NCBI GenBank assembly: GCA_028282025.1
Contig: JANQIT010000153.1
Location: 4,570-68,569 of the forward strand
Direction of reading: 5' to 3'
DNA: 64,000 nt
Origin: Hwanghaeella sp.
Lineage (GTDB): Bacteria; Pseudomonadota; Alphaproteobacteria; UBA8366; Aestuariispiraceae
A model generated the notes under the pieces. That model worked only from the letters and a program-made list of their open reading frames with translations. It was not told where the DNA came from and searched no databases. The translations under genes were made by a program, and so were the position numbers. The first letter of the stretch is position 1; the number at the start of each line of letters is the position of its first letter. Positions 38,380 to 55,781 of this stretch are shown here, piece after piece.

Positions 38380-39401
38380 TGAAAGGTCTCATTCCCGTTG
38401 GATTGGTCGTGGCGATCCTGTTCTCGGTTCAGATCGTCCTGAGCTTCGAACGTCCGCCCATGTCTAGTGTCCAGCAGGGTTTCCGTGGAACGGGCATGGT
38501 AGAAACTTATAACCCTCGCGAAGCGGAGGAATTGGCGGAGATCAACCAGCCGCCTGAATCGTTCGGTCCGTTGGAACCGGGCGGTGACAAGGCAAGCGAC
38601 GTTTATGAGAACGTTCAAGTGCTGGGTCATCTAAGTGACGACGAGTTCATTGGCTTGATGGCGCTGATCACAGAATGGGTTTCCCCTGAAGAAGGCTGTG
38701 CCTATTGTCATAATGAAGACAATCTGGCGTCCGACGAAGTCTACGCCAAAGGTGTCGCGCGCCGAATGATCGAAATGACGTGGAACGTGAATGCCAATTG
38801 GACAGACCATGTGAAGGACACCGGCGTGACATGTTACACCTGTCACCGCGGTCAACCGCAGCCTCAATACGCCTGGTATTCGGAAACCGGACCGGCCCAG
38901 CAGACGGGCGGGTTCAGTCAATCCCGAAACAACCAGAATGTCGCGACAGAGGTTGCTGCGTATTCGTCGCTGCCATATGACGCACTCGACCGTTTGCTGG
39001 CGGCGGAAGGTGAGATCCGGGTGCAACCCCGGAATGGACTGCCGATCTTTGGTCAAACGGGTTCTTCAATCCAGGACACCGAAGTTACGTATTCCTTGAT
39101 GATGTACATGTCGGAATCGCTGGGTGTGAACTGTACTTTCTGCCACAACAGCCGCGCTTTCTACAAATGGGACGAAAGCGCGCCGCAGCGGGTGCGGGCC
39201 TGGCATGGAATTCAGATGGTACGTAACCTGAACCAGGAATACGTGGTGCCGCTCAAACCCGTGATTCCCGAAGAACACCTCGGCGTAAGCGGCGACATTG
39301 CGAAAGTCGGATGTAATACGTGTCATCAGGGGATCAACAAACCGCTCTATGGGGCAAAAATGCTTCCTGATGCCCTTCCCCTGAGTGGGCCTCCCCAGTA
39401 A
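38379..39401 (+). CDS. pufC: Reaction centre tetraheme cytochrome c subunit
   Basis: Four CXXCH (CAYCH, CYTCH, CTFCH, CNTCH), QQGFRGTGM, YENVQVLG; ATG overlaps the pufM stop (TGATG). Confidence 0.97.
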   Translation: MKGLIPVGLVVAILFSVQIVLSFERPPMSSVQQGFRGTGMVETYNPREAEELAEINQPPESFGPLEPGGDKASDVYENVQVLGHLSDDEFIGLMALITEWVSPEEGCAYCHNEDNLASDEVYAKGVARRMIEMTWNVNANWTDHVKDTGVTCYTCHRGQPQPQYAWYSETGPAQQTGGFSQSRNNQNVATEVAAYSSLPYDALDRLLAAEGEIRVQPRNGLPIFGQTGSSIQDTEVTYSLMMYMSESLGVNCTFCHNSRAFYKWDESAPQRVRAWHGIQMVRNLNQEYVVPLKPVIPEEHLGVSGDIAKVGCNTCHQGINKPLYGAKMLPDALPLSGPPQ

Positions 39402-39455
39402 CTGGCTGGCTCTTCCCTACCCCTCGTTTGGGGTAACTGGTCGAACCCTCGACCT

Positions 39456-39495
39456 AACTTCCCACCGAACCTCACAGTTCGGTGGGAGTTTTTTT
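39456..39495 (+). terminator. Rho-independent terminator of the puf operon
   Basis: TCCCACCGAAC-ctcaca-GTTCGGTGGGA stem followed by GTTTTTTT. Confidence 0.88.
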
Positions 39496-39631
39496 CGTGA
39501 ACGGAGAACCAGCGATTAGGATAATTCAGACAACAAGTCGAAATGTACAAGCAAATGCCAAGGAACGTTTCAGTTCGTCCCTCGTTCTCTGTTTGCATCA
39601 ATCGTGAAAGTGAACGGAAGGGTCCAAAATT

Positions 39632-40192
39632 CTATGTAATGCTCGGTACTCCAACCGAGATGCCAAGCTGGGCCCAGCGGTGGGCATAGATTTGAAGCCA
39701 CTGCGTATACGCGTTTGGATTTTCAGCGATGTCGTCAAAAAATTCTTCGAGTGGAACCCATCGAACTTCAGCGACTTCGGATGGCGTCGGCTTGATGTCT
39801 ACATTGGACGCGGATGTTTGACCCTCAAATACCGCGACACGTTCATGTTCCCAAAGGTCCTCACTTACCCTGGCCTGATAGTCGACAGTTGAACATCGCG
39901 CAAGCGGGACCGTAAATCCCAACTCCTCAACCAAGCGCCTTTGTGCGCACTGTTCTTGGGTCTCGCCAAAGTGAGGGTGCGAGCAACATGTGTTCGCCCA
40001 GAGACCGCCGGAATGATATTTGTCGGTCGCACGCCGTTGGAGCAAAATGCGGTTCTCGTCGAAGACAAAGATGGAGATTGCTAAGTGCAAAACACCCTGA
40101 CGATGGGCGTCCATTTTCTCGATAGGGAACAAGGTCCCATCCTCGGCGATACCGGGGATCGAGCCTGTTTCGACACGTGGATGAATAGTCAT
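39632..40192 (-). CDS. idi: Type 1 isopentenyl-diphosphate delta-isomerase
   Basis: EKMDAH..GVLHLAISIFVF, LLQRRA..KYHS.GLWANTCCSHP, EHE, P.EV; ATG 40192 directly after the hemA stop. Confidence 0.94.
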   Translation of the reverse strand: MTIHPRVETGSIPGIAEDGTLFPIEKMDAHRQGVLHLAISIFVFDENRILLQRRATDKYHSGGLWANTCCSHPHFGETQEQCAQRRLVEELGFTVPLARCSTVDYQARVSEDLWEHERVAVFEGQTSASNVDIKPTPSEVAEVRWVPLEEFFDDIAENPNAYTQWLQIYAHRWAQLGISVGVPSIT

Positions 40193-40196
40193 TTGA

Positions 40197-41417
40197 CTAT
40201 GCCGTTGCGCGATTAAGGCCCATCTGTGACCAAATCTCGGACAGGGCCGAGACGAGCTCATCGATGTTTTCGTTGGTGTGTAGGGGGGACGGGGTGATCC
40301 TGAGACGCTCCGTACCTTTGGCCACGGTCGGATAATTGATCGGTTGCACGTAGATCCGATATTCATCCATCAACTGATCGGAGATCTGCTTACACAACAC
40401 CGGATCGCCCACCATTACCGGGACAATGTGACTTGGATTGTGCAAATGCGGCAGCCCGGCCGCGTCCAGTTTACGGCGCAATAGCGCGACACGTTCGGCC
40501 TTGCGGGCACGCTCAATCTCGCTGACTTTCAGGTACTGAACGCTGCGCAACGCGCCGGCCGCGACGGCCGGGGGTAGGGCGGTTGTGAAGATGAAGCCTG
40601 CCGCAAAGCTGCGCACGAAGTCGCATAGTGCGGTAGACGCGGCAATGTACCCGCCGACTACTCCGTAAGCTTTTGCTAATGTCCCTTCGATGACCGTCAG
40701 TCGGTGTGCGACGCCTTCGCGTTCCGAGACACCGCCTCCGCTCGGACCGTACAGGCCGACGGCATGGACCTCGTCCAGGTAGGTCATTGCATTGTACTTG
40801 TCCGCAAGATCACAGATTTCCGAGATCGGAGATATGTCGCCATCCATCGAGTAGACAGACTCGAACGCTATCATCTTGGGCTGATCTTTGGGTAGGCACA
40901 TCAGGGCCTGTTCAAGATCCTCGAGGTCGTTGTGCCGGAAGATGATCTTCTCGGTTTTAGAGTGGCGAATTCCTTCAATCATGGACGAGTGGTTCTTCTC
41001 GTCGGAAAGAACCACGCAGTTCGGAATACGCGACGCTAGGGTCGATAGCGACGCCCAGTTGGATACGAAACCAGACGTGAACAACAGCGCGGATTCCGTG
41101 CCGTGCAGGTCCGCCAACTCCTTCTCCAGCAGCACATGGTAATGGTTGGTACCAGAAATGTTTCGTGTGCCGCCTGCACCGGCGCCGCACTTGTCCAAGG
41201 CGTCGTGCATGGCCTCAATCACTGCGGGGTGCTGACCCATACCAAGGTAGTCGTTTGAGCACCAAACAGTGACGTCTTTCTCGTCATTTGGTCCGTAGTG
41301 CCGAGCTTTCGGGAACTGACCTCGCTTCCGTTCCAGGTCTGCGAATACGCGGTAATTGCCTTCTTCGCGCAGGGTTGTCAGTGCGTTCTGAAAGTAACCT
41401 TCATAATCGACTGTCAT
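40197..41417 (-). CDS. hemA: 5-aminolevulinate synthase
   Basis: [35 protein letters not shown] (PLP Lys), VQPINYPTV. Confidence 0.98.
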   Translation of the reverse strand: MTVDYEGYFQNALTTLREEGNYRVFADLERKRGQFPKARHYGPNDEKDVTVWCSNDYLGMGQHPAVIEAMHDALDKCGAGAGGTRNISGTNHYHVLLEKELADLHGTESALLFTSGFVSNWASLSTLASRIPNCVVLSDEKNHSSMIEGIRHSKTEKIIFRHNDLEDLEQALMCLPKDQPKMIAFESVYSMDGDISPISEICDLADKYNAMTYLDEVHAVGLYGPSGGGVSEREGVAHRLTVIEGTLAKAYGVVGGYIAASTALCDFVRSFAAGFIFTTALPPAVAAGALRSVQYLKVSEIERARKAERVALLRRKLDAAGLPHLHNPSHIVPVMVGDPVLCKQISDQLMDEYRIYVQPINYPTVAKGTERLRITPSPLHTNENIDELVSALSEIWSQMGLNRATA

Positions 41418-41436
41418 GGTCCTTCCCCCTTACTTT

Positions 41437-42231
41437 CTAGATTCCATATGACGACGCATTTGGCGCCGTTGTCGGTTTTGGGCTGGTGTCACGGACGGCC
41501 CATTTCCAAAGCATTGATTCTCGGATCGGCAGCACCAACAGCCAGTGCTCCACCAGTGCTAACGTCAGCAAGGTGCCTGTTAGCATGGCCCCTGCGATCT
41601 GGTGCGCGGATCCATGTGCGGTGTGATACAGCAATGCGGCGATCACAGTGCCGGCAGTTACCGACAGTGCAAAGAACGGCGTTACCGGTGACCGGCCGAA
41701 GTAGCTCTTCAAGTAACCCAGTCTTGCCGGCAGGAATTCGTCCGTGAAGTTCGATACACCCAAGTAGATGTTGAGTTTGGCAGTGATGCGCATGCCCCAT
41801 AGAACCAAATAGGTCCACAAGGCGACCTGATTGTCCGCGCCCAGCGTGCACATGTAGACGGCAAGGCCGCCTGCCGTGATCGCCAGTTCATGATAGAGAA
41901 CGGCCCCAATTGCCAAGGTTGTGCGTTTGAGCGGTCCAACGCCGGGCGGCAGAGCCTTCTTGACGGGACCCGTGACATGACCCAGCAGGAAACTAAGTTC
42001 ATTCCAACCCCAGATACCAAGCGCACACAGGAAAGCGACATAGGCGCCTACCGCGCTGCTGCTGTCCCGCGTCACGAAAATCCCGATTAAGGACAGCACG
42101 ACAGCGAATGTAGAGATATACACCGCCTTCTTCTGCCTCTGCCGCGAACCACGGATCGCATACAGGACCAACCCTGTGGAGAACCACCACACAAAGATGG
42201 TGAACAGGATTGGCGCTACAAAGGCTGACAT
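41437..42231 (-). CDS. puhE: Photosynthetic complex assembly protein PuhE
   Basis: WWFSTG, WGWNELSFL.G.VTGP, YHE, AKLN.YLGV.N, EFLP.RL.YL.SYF, EHWLLVLP. Confidence 0.92.
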   Translation of the reverse strand: MSAFVAPILFTIFVWWFSTGLVLYAIRGSRQRQKKAVYISTFAVVLSLIGIFVTRDSSSAVGAYVAFLCALGIWGWNELSFLLGHVTGPVKKALPPGVGPLKRTTLAIGAVLYHELAITAGGLAVYMCTLGADNQVALWTYLVLWGMRITAKLNIYLGVSNFTDEFLPARLGYLKSYFGRSPVTPFFALSVTAGTVIAALLYHTAHGSAHQIAGAMLTGTLLTLALVEHWLLVLPIRESMLWKWAVRDTSPKPTTAPNASSYGI

Positions 42232-42269
42232 AGCTTTTACTCAGGCTCTTTCTTCTGTTCCGCTGCTTA

Positions 42270-43316
42270 CTACCAAGCGGGCTGCAAGCGGCTATGTTCG
42301 GGAACGGCGTTCTGCTGCGCGGGTAACAGGTACATACGGGCAAAGATTGCGGCGGCTCGAAGCGACAGAATCGATTTCATGACAGGCCCTGCCGTTGTCA
42401 TCTTGTCATTGACCTGCCTGAGGTCCTCCATCCCTTTCCGAAAGGCTGGATTGTCGATGTCGAGAACAAGAGGGAAAATCTGCTTGGTAATCTCGTTGCA
42501 GATTCGGAATACAGTGTAATCGTATTCCGTAATATCCATGCCCAACGCCTTATGAAATGCAGGTCTCTTATGGTCGCGCACATACATGGTGGCGTACACG
42601 GCCAACAGGAAGAAGCGGATCCACAGCTTGTTGTAACCGGTCAGCAGGTGCGGGTTCGCCTTCATCAGAAGCGCCATCGCTTCGCCGTGACGGAACTCGT
42701 CATTGCACCACTTCTCAAACCACTTGAAGATGGGATGGAAGCGTCTGTCCGGGTTCCGTTCCAAATGCCGGAAAATGGTGATGTAGCGCGCGTAGCCAAT
42801 CTTCTCTGACAGGTAGGTCGCATAGAAGATGAACTTCGGCTTGAAGAACGTGTACTTCTTGGACTTCGTTAGATAGCCCAAGTCGATGCCGATATTGAAT
42901 TCCTTCAGCGCGTCGTTGATGAACCCAGCGTGGCGGCTTTCGTCCCGCGCCATAAGCTTGAACAACTCGCACATGTCCGGGTGAGCGCCACGTTTGCGCA
43001 TTTCGGCATAAAGGACGCATCCTGAAAACTCGGCAGTCAGGGAACTGACCAAGAAGTCGACAAACTCCCCGCGCAGGTCCTCCGGCAAATCCTGCAGGCG
43101 GATGCTGTCCCAATCTTCGTTTTTCTTGAAATGGCCTTTGTTCGGGTCGGACCGCATCTCGGCAATTAATTCGTCCCATTCCTTGCGAACAGACGTTAGG
43201 TCCATGCTATCCAGCGCTTGATAGTCCGTCGTGTAGAACCGTGGGCTCAGGACGGTATTTTCCTGCGCCATCTTGGTGGTCTCACTGCTGGTGATTGCGA
43301 TGCTGTCTATCGTCAT
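42270..43316 (-). CDS. acsF: O2-dependent Mg-protoporphyrin IX monomethyl ester cyclase
   Basis: [44 protein letters not shown] di-iron motifs; ATG 43316 after GGAG. Confidence 0.97.
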   Translation of the reverse strand: MTIDSIAITSSETTKMAQENTVLSPRFYTTDYQALDSMDLTSVRKEWDELIAEMRSDPNKGHFKKNEDWDSIRLQDLPEDLRGEFVDFLVSSLTAEFSGCVLYAEMRKRGAHPDMCELFKLMARDESRHAGFINDALKEFNIGIDLGYLTKSKKYTFFKPKFIFYATYLSEKIGYARYITIFRHLERNPDRRFHPIFKWFEKWCNDEFRHGEAMALLMKANPHLLTGYNKLWIRFFLLAVYATMYVRDHKRPAFHKALGMDITEYDYTVFRICNEITKQIFPLVLDIDNPAFRKGMEDLRQVNDKMTTAGPVMKSILSLRAAAIFARMYLLPAQQNAVPEHSRLQPAW

Positions 43317-43321
43317 ATCAT

Positions 43322-43615
43322 TCACTCCGGCGAAAACGTTACTTCGAGCAGCTCGAGGCATTCGAGCTTGCCAAGCATTCTGGTCCAGGCTTTCTCAAGC
43401 CGGCCTGCACGTTGAACCTTTGCGGTTCTGAAAAGGGTAAACTTGGAGCCGTAGGGCGCGACGATCGGGTCACCTTGGACCGTGACGATATCCCCTACGC
43501 CAACAGGCTCGTTGCCCTTCAAATCGACATGCGCGAAGACGTTGTCGAACGTATTCTCAACGTTGATGACACAGGGAACTTCTGAGTATTCCCGTTTCCA
43601 AAGATGGGTGTTCAC
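43322..43615 (-). CDS. bciE: BciE, AcsF auxiliary subunit of Alphaproteobacteria
   Basis: 97 aa directly upstream of acsF; VPC..AHV..GD.V.V.G.P..RA..LE..WTR..G...ELLE.TFS pattern. Confidence 0.8.
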   Translation of the reverse strand: MNTHLWKREYSEVPCVINVENTFDNVFAHVDLKGNEPVGVGDIVTVQGDPIVAPYGSKFTLFRTAKVQRAGRLEKAWTRMLGKLECLELLEVTFSPE

Positions 43616-44103
43616 TGCTTTTCCTCCCCCGTCCTCGCGAACATCAGTCGCGCGAAGGCCCGCACATTGTCGGGGCCGAATGCATTTAGGAAGACTTCTC
43701 GGCCCGTGCTGGGATCCGAAAGGATTAAGGCACCTTCGCTCGTATGGATCAGTTGAAAACTCGGAGTCGGCCCCACGCCTTGGGCCTGCCGCTCCATGGC
43801 AAATCCGCGCAGCACGCCGCGCACGAATGAGTCTTCACGTGGTTCGACCACGGTTACATCGGCGCCTGTCCTGCCGTCCACAACGGCGATCGATCCATCT
43901 TCCCTATCCCGGAACCCGACGTGCCGCGTTTTCGTCTCACCCGCATTGATCATCGCCGCGATCTCGGCGTCACGCTGTGCGTTCAGGTTTATCTTCTGGT
44001 GGCTGGAATAGCCCGCCACGATAATTGTGAAGACGCAGAGACCGGCGGCCATCATGAGAATAGGCTTCGGAACCGTCGGATCGTGATTGCTTTCCCGGAT
44101 CAT
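43612..44103 (-). CDS. puhC: Photosynthetic complex assembly protein PuhC
   Basis: One TM helix, F.DR.DG...V, FVRGVLRG..ER, L.DP.TG....L.AFG.DN..AF. Confidence 0.92.
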   Translation of the reverse strand: MIRESNHDPTVPKPILMMAAGLCVFTIIVAGYSSHQKINLNAQRDAEIAAMINAGETKTRHVGFRDREDGSIAVVDGRTGADVTVVEPREDSFVRGVLRGFAMERQAQGVGPTPSFQLIHTSEGALILSDPSTGREVFLNAFGPDNVRAFARLMFARTGEEKQ

Positions 44104-44124
44104 CGGGGTCGGTCCTCTCTTGTT

Positions 44125-44796
44125 CTATTCAGCCGGCGCCGGTGTTGGTGTTAAGCCGGGCTCGGCTCTGACGTCGTCTTCCGCTTCAACCGGTGCTCGC
44201 ACGACCTGACCTTGAACCGTTTTCAAGAGCAGGTCGGACACAGCCTGCGGATCGCGCAAGGCGCGCAGCAGTGGTTGTGGACGCCCAAATCTCCAAGGCC
44301 GCACGAACGGCCACAGATAGATGTAACTGACCCGGTAGGGTCCCATGAAATCCAATGCAATGTCGCCGGTCCGGTCACCGCATAGGCGAATATCAGCCTT
44401 GTGCAACTTGCTGAGCGGAAGGTTGACGGTGAGTGTCAACGCCAACCCGCAGCGTATCAAGATTCGCTCGCTAGTCAGTGTGTAGACAGTCGTCTTTGCG
44501 TATGCCCAAGCCAGGAACAGGAGAAGACCCAGACCGACACCGGAGATGCTCAGCATGATCGACAGGGAGGCAAGTACTTCGCCGAACGCTTCGTTTTCCG
44601 CAACCCCTGTGAGTGCCCGCCATATGCAAAGGATTGCAAAATAGATAGCGACCTTGCGCACGTGGAATACCCGCAGTGCCAAACCCTTCCACGTCGGTGT
44701 GCCTTGCCAGATCAGAGTCTCGCTGGTTGGTAAATCACCAGGAATGCCCCGAATGGCTTCGGTATCGTGCTCGTGGGTTATTGGGGCCTGCTTCAT
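44125..44796 (-). CDS. puhB: Photosynthetic complex assembly protein PuhB
   Basis: HEHD.E.IRG.P..LP..E..IWQG.P.W, TVYTLT..R...R.G.AL, LWP.VRPWR..PQP.LR. Confidence 0.92.
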   Translation of the reverse strand: MKQAPITHEHDTEAIRGIPGDLPTSETLIWQGTPTWKGLALRVFHVRKVAIYFAILCIWRALTGVAENEAFGEVLASLSIMLSISGVGLGLLLFLAWAYAKTTVYTLTSERILIRCGLALTLTVNLPLSKLHKADIRLCGDRTGDIALDFMGPYRVSYIYLWPFVRPWRFGRPQPLLRALRDPQAVSDLLLKTVQGQVVRAPVEAEDDVRAEPGLTPTPAPAE

Positions 44797-45572
44797 ATCA
44801 GTGGCTCCGACCGGCTCTTCGTCGCGTACAGTTGGCCGGCACCGTAGTAGGCGCAGATCTGATCTTCCTCCAGACGGGTCACGACATCGGGGTTCTTGGT
44901 CTCCGGTATATTGGCGAATTGGTCACCCAGGATTGAAACGACTCGGACTTGCTTCTTGCCGCCATCGACGATGGCACGGGTAATCGGCAACAGCTTCTGA
45001 CCGTTGCCGTTGGCATCCAGTTCGAGGTACCGGATCATGAACTCGCCCTTGTCGACCCAAATGTCGGTCACCGTTCCGCCGACTTCGCCGTCCGCCCCGA
45101 CAACCCTCATACCGCGCGGATCCGGATCGCCATGAATGACGTGGAAGTCTGTAGCGACACGCATGGGGGCAAGTTTCGGCGTGCCGTCGACGGCTGCATC
45201 CGGAATGTCCTTCCGTTCGGCCCAAGAGCCGGGGCCGATGCAATCGCCCATAACGTTACCCGTCGGAACCATGGCCGCGCCGGGATGCTTAGCGAAACGT
45301 TCAGCCTTGATCGGCCGCTCGTCCGGCGGCGCCGTTAGCAATTCCATGGTTTCACCTTCGCGAAGTTTGAAGGACTTCGGCGTAACCATGAGAGGGGCGG
45401 TATTCTTAATCGGTATCCGGCCTTCTGGGCGTGGAACGTCATCGACCAACGGGTAGCCTTCGCGTTTACCTTCCTGATGCAGGTAGAAGACCAAGCCGAA
45501 GAAGAAGACCCAAAAGACGTAAAGAACGACTTGAGCCGCGTCGATATAGCCGGTTAGTGCGCCAACTTCCAT
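44793..45572 (-). CDS. puhA: Reaction centre H subunit
   Basis: GALTGYIDAAQVVLYVFW, E.KREGYPL, DPDPRG..V.G.DG, RYLE, EEDQI.AYYG.G.LYA. Confidence 0.97.
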   Translation of the reverse strand: MEVGALTGYIDAAQVVLYVFWVFFFGLVFYLHQEGKREGYPLVDDVPRPEGRIPIKNTAPLMVTPKSFKLREGETMELLTAPPDERPIKAERFAKHPGAAMVPTGNVMGDCIGPGSWAERKDIPDAAVDGTPKLAPMRVATDFHVIHGDPDPRGMRVVGADGEVGGTVTDIWVDKGEFMIRYLELDANGNGQKLLPITRAIVDGGKKQVRVVSILGDQFANIPETKNPDVVTRLEEDQICAYYGAGQLYATKSRSEPLI

Positions 45573-45598
45573 TTCACCAACTCCCTCCTACGCATTGA

Positions 45599-47038
45599 CT
45601 ACCCGGGAAACTGGGCAAGTCCGAATTGTTCTTGCCCGTCATCCCGCCGGTTGTATCGGTCGCCGACAAGCGGACCGATCACAGCCAACGTTGTGAACAG
45701 TAGAAAAATCTCGATGTGATAAACGACCGAGTATCCAACCCAGACATCCGATAGGGCGGAACCCAACGCACCGGACACAGCCAGTGCGCTGACAACATCG
45801 CGGATACCGCCGCCAAGGGCGATCGCCACACCCGTTGCCGTCGCTGTTACCGCACCCCATGCACCGAGCGCCAATCCGCTGTATCCGTTTCGGGCCAGAG
45901 CCATGGCTGCGGTCAGTGAGCCAACGGCGAACAAACCGCCGCCAAAACCGATCAGCGCCGTACCGGCTTGGAACAGCAGTACCGAACCGGTTGGAGCCGA
46001 GAAGATCACGAACGAAAAGGCAAAGACGCCAAACATCGCGCCGACAGCGGCAAGCCGGTGCATTTCACCACCGCCGCTTAGATGTCGAGCAGCAAAACCA
46101 AGACCAAGCAACGTGCCACCGGCTAGCAACGCCGTGAGCATGGTCGTTGCACTGACCGACAGGCCTAGAACTTCCCCGCCGTAGGGCTCCAACAAAACGT
46201 CTTGCATACTGAAGGCCGCGGTTCCCAGTCCGATTGCGATCAGAAGGCGGGCCGCGCGGCCGCCGGCCAGGAAGGTACGCCAGCTTTCCCGGAACGAAGG
46301 GTGTTGAACATCGTGCCGTGTCAGCTCCGGGTTGCGGGACTCTTGCTTCCATAACGCGATCAGGTTCAGCACCACGGTCACAACAGCCGCCCCCTGAACC
46401 ACTTGGATTAGCCGCTTGGCGCTGAAGTCCTGGAGCAGGTAGCCGAGTATCAGGGCGCTGAGGAACATGCCGACCAGCAGCATGACGTAGAGCAGAGCAA
46501 CGACGCGCGGTTGCTTGTCTACGGGCGATATGTCCGTCGCCAAGGCAAGGCCCGCCGTTTGCGTGGTGTGCATGCCGATCCCAACCATTAGGAACGCAAG
46601 TGCGGCCCCTACCACACCGATTTCCGCAGGGCCGCCCTGAACATCGCCTGAGAGAACCAACAGCGCGAATGGCATGATTGCCAGGCCGCCGAACTGCAAC
46701 AACGAACCGTACCAGATATAAGGAACCCGGCGGACACCGAGATAGGACTTGTAGGTATCGGACTTGAATCCGATAAGCGCTCGGAACGGCGCAAAGCAGA
46801 TCGGCAGCGCGACCATGATCGACACCAAGGTTGCCGGAACATCGAGCTCCAGGATCATGACGCGGTTCAAGGTGCCGGTCAGCAACACCGCGGCCATGCC
46901 GACACTGATCTGAAACAGGGACAGGCGCAGCAAACGGCCCAGCGGCAGATCCTCGGACGCGCCATCTGCAAACGGCAGATAGCGGGGGCCGAGCTGGCTC
47001 CAGAACCGCTGAATGCTCCTGATCCGGCTTTTCTTCAT
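45599..47038 (-). CDS. lhaA: LH1 assembly protein LhaA (PucC/BCD-family MFS)
   Basis: LPFAD.AS..LPLGRLLRLSLFQ, GTLNRVMI.EL, MQDVLLEPYGG; between bchM and puhA. Confidence 0.93.
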   Translation of the reverse strand: MKKSRIRSIQRFWSQLGPRYLPFADGASEDLPLGRLLRLSLFQISVGMAAVLLTGTLNRVMILELDVPATLVSIMVALPICFAPFRALIGFKSDTYKSYLGVRRVPYIWYGSLLQFGGLAIMPFALLVLSGDVQGGPAEIGVVGAALAFLMVGIGMHTTQTAGLALATDISPVDKQPRVVALLYVMLLVGMFLSALILGYLLQDFSAKRLIQVVQGAAVVTVVLNLIALWKQESRNPELTRHDVQHPSFRESWRTFLAGGRAARLLIAIGLGTAAFSMQDVLLEPYGGEVLGLSVSATTMLTALLAGGTLLGLGFAARHLSGGGEMHRLAAVGAMFGVFAFSFVIFSAPTGSVLLFQAGTALIGFGGGLFAVGSLTAAMALARNGYSGLALGAWGAVTATATGVAIALGGGIRDVVSALAVSGALGSALSDVWVGYSVVYHIEIFLLFTTLAVIGPLVGDRYNRRDDGQEQFGLAQFPG

Positions 47039-47735
47039 GCAGCAACAAACTCCTGCGCATGGGAAAGATAGAATCCGCTGGTCACCTGATGGGCGCGACC
47101 TGCCTCCCAGCCTCTCATTGTTGGTGCGTTGCTTAGGGCTCTCCGGAGTGACTTGTTGCTTACAGGTACAATCGCAGGAGCGCGCTCGCTGCGGGGGAAC
47201 ATCCGACCGACCGTGTGCATCGCCACGAGAAGTGGGGTCCTTGGTGCGTGGGTGAACAACAGAGACTGCCCGGTACGTGCTGCCAAATTTGACACCATTT
47301 CCGCCATGTCTTCAGTGTTGTAATGGATCAAGCTGTCCATGCCCACGACGTGATCGAATTGGCCTAGTGCCGGATCAAGCATGTCGCCCGCCATGAACTC
47401 GATGCTGCCGTGCTCAAAGTCGCTCGGCGCACGCTCGTTCGCTAAATCCACCAAAGTGGGTGACAGATCAATGGCAACGACGTCTGCGCCGCGTTTGGCC
47501 GCCTCGACGGCAAACGCACCGGTGCCGCAGCCGGCGTCTAAGATACGCCGCCCGCGCAGGTCATTTGGCAACCAGGACAAAAGCGTTTTGCGCATTTCAT
47601 CTCGGCCCGCGCGGACAGTTGCCCGGATCTTACTAACCGGAGCGTCGGTGGTGAGTTTCGCCCAAGCGTCAACCGCCGTCCGGTCGAAATACGTCTCCAG
47701 CTCGCCGCGGCGGGCGATATAGGTCACTGTGTTCA

Positions 47736-47736
<1 letters not shown>
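47035..47736 (-). CDS. bchM: Mg-protoporphyrin IX methyltransferase
   Basis: YFDRTA..AW..LT, VS.IR.TVR.GRD.MR, LDAGCGTG, MDSLIHY; ATG 47736 overlaps the bchL stop. Confidence 0.96.
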
Positions 47737-52313
<4,577 letters not shown>

Positions 52314-52339
<26 letters not shown>

Positions 52340-53885
52340 CGTACAAGGTTTCTAGGGTTATTGTTTCTATTCCACGGTCGCGGGAATATTGTTCCGTGTT
52401 GCGGCGTGCTTTCCCCCGAACAAAGAACGGGATCTTCTTCAATTCCGCTTCCGCATCGTTTGTCCAACCAGGCTCCATGACGGTTTCGCAGGCGGTGTCT
52501 ACATTGTCGGGCCGTGTTTGGTTTGCGGCTGCCGCGGGTCTTGCGACCGCGCCGGACTCGGCAAGATGCGACGGGACGGCATCGTCATTGAACTCAAAAT
52601 CATCCCTGAACATCCCCAGCAGATGTTCTTCCAGACCCATCACCAAGGGATGAACCCAGGTGTCGAAAAGGACGTTCGCGCCTTCGAACCCCATCTGCGG
52701 CGAGTAGCGCGCGGGGTAGTCCTGGACATGTACGGGGGCCGAGATCACAGCGCAGGCAATACCCAGGCGTTTTGCGATATGGCGCTCCATCTGGGTTCCG
52801 AGAACCAGTTCCGGTTGGAGCGTTGAAATCGCCTCTTCCACGTCCAAGTAGTCGTCGGTGATCAAGGCATCGACGCCAAGTCGTTCCGCGCAGGTGCGCA
52901 CGTCACGAGCTTGCTCGCGGCTGTAGGTGCCAACACCGACAACCTGGAAACCCATCTCTTCGTCCGCGACACGGGCGGCGGCGATCGCATGCGTGGCGTC
53001 CCCGAAGATGAAGACGCGTTTGCCGGTCAAGTAATTCGAGTCCACGGAGCGCGAATACCAAGGCAGCCGCGGCGGTTCCAAGTCGGGCAGTATGTTCGAA
53101 GGCAAGTCGGCCAACGCGGCCACTTCTTGAATGAAATCGCGGGTTGCGCCGACGCCGATCGGAATGGTCTTCGTATAGGGTTGGCCCAGATTTCGTTCCA
53201 TCCAGCGGGCGGCGGGTTCGCCCGTCTCCGGATACATCAAGACATTGAAGTCGGCCGCGGCCAATCGGGCGATATCGGCGACGCTTGCATCAAGCGGGGC
53301 GACGACATTCACATCGATCCCCATAGCGGTAACCAATCGCTTCAATTCTTCGACATCGTCGCGATGCCGGTAGCCCAGTGCCGTGGCGCCCAGGAGATTG
53401 CACAGGGGCCGTCTTCCTTCGCCCCGGTCTCTATCCGTGGGTGAATTCGCGCACAGGGTCCTGACCAGCTTGTAGAAAGTCTCCGCGGCGCCCCAATTCT
53501 CCTTGCGTTGATAGGACGGCAGTTCGAGCGGAACGACCGGGACCGGCAGCGCGAGCGCCTTGGCCAATCCGGCAGGGTCGTCCTGGATCAGTTCTGCGGT
53601 GCAGGACGCGCCGACCAGAACTGCACTCGGCTGAAAGCGCTCATATGCCCCCTGCAGAGAGGACTTGAAAAGTTCGGCGGTATCACTGCCAAGATCGCGG
53701 GCTTGAAACGTTGTGTAGGTGACCGGCGGGCGGTGATTTCGCCGCTCAATCATCGTAAAAAGCAGGTCCGCGTATGTGTCGCCTTGAGGCGCGTGCAGAA
53801 CATAATGGACATCCGTCATGCCGGTCGCGATGCGCATGGCGCCAACATGCGGCGGGCCTTCATATGTCCAGACCGTCAGCTGCAT
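52314..53885 (-). CDS. bchB: DPOR subunit B
   Basis: [42 protein letters not shown]. Confidence 0.98.
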
Positions 53886-53888
53886 CGC

Positions 53889-55726
<1,838 letters not shown>

Positions 55727-55781
55727 GGTCCCGTCACAAAGGGCTGAAACTCTTGGAAGTGTAGTGCTGATGCCAGTGAAG

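Noticed and set aside
46065-47060. 331-aa alternative-frame ORF inside lhaA
   Set aside because: Arg/Pro/Gly-rich shadow typical of hydrophobic high-GC genes
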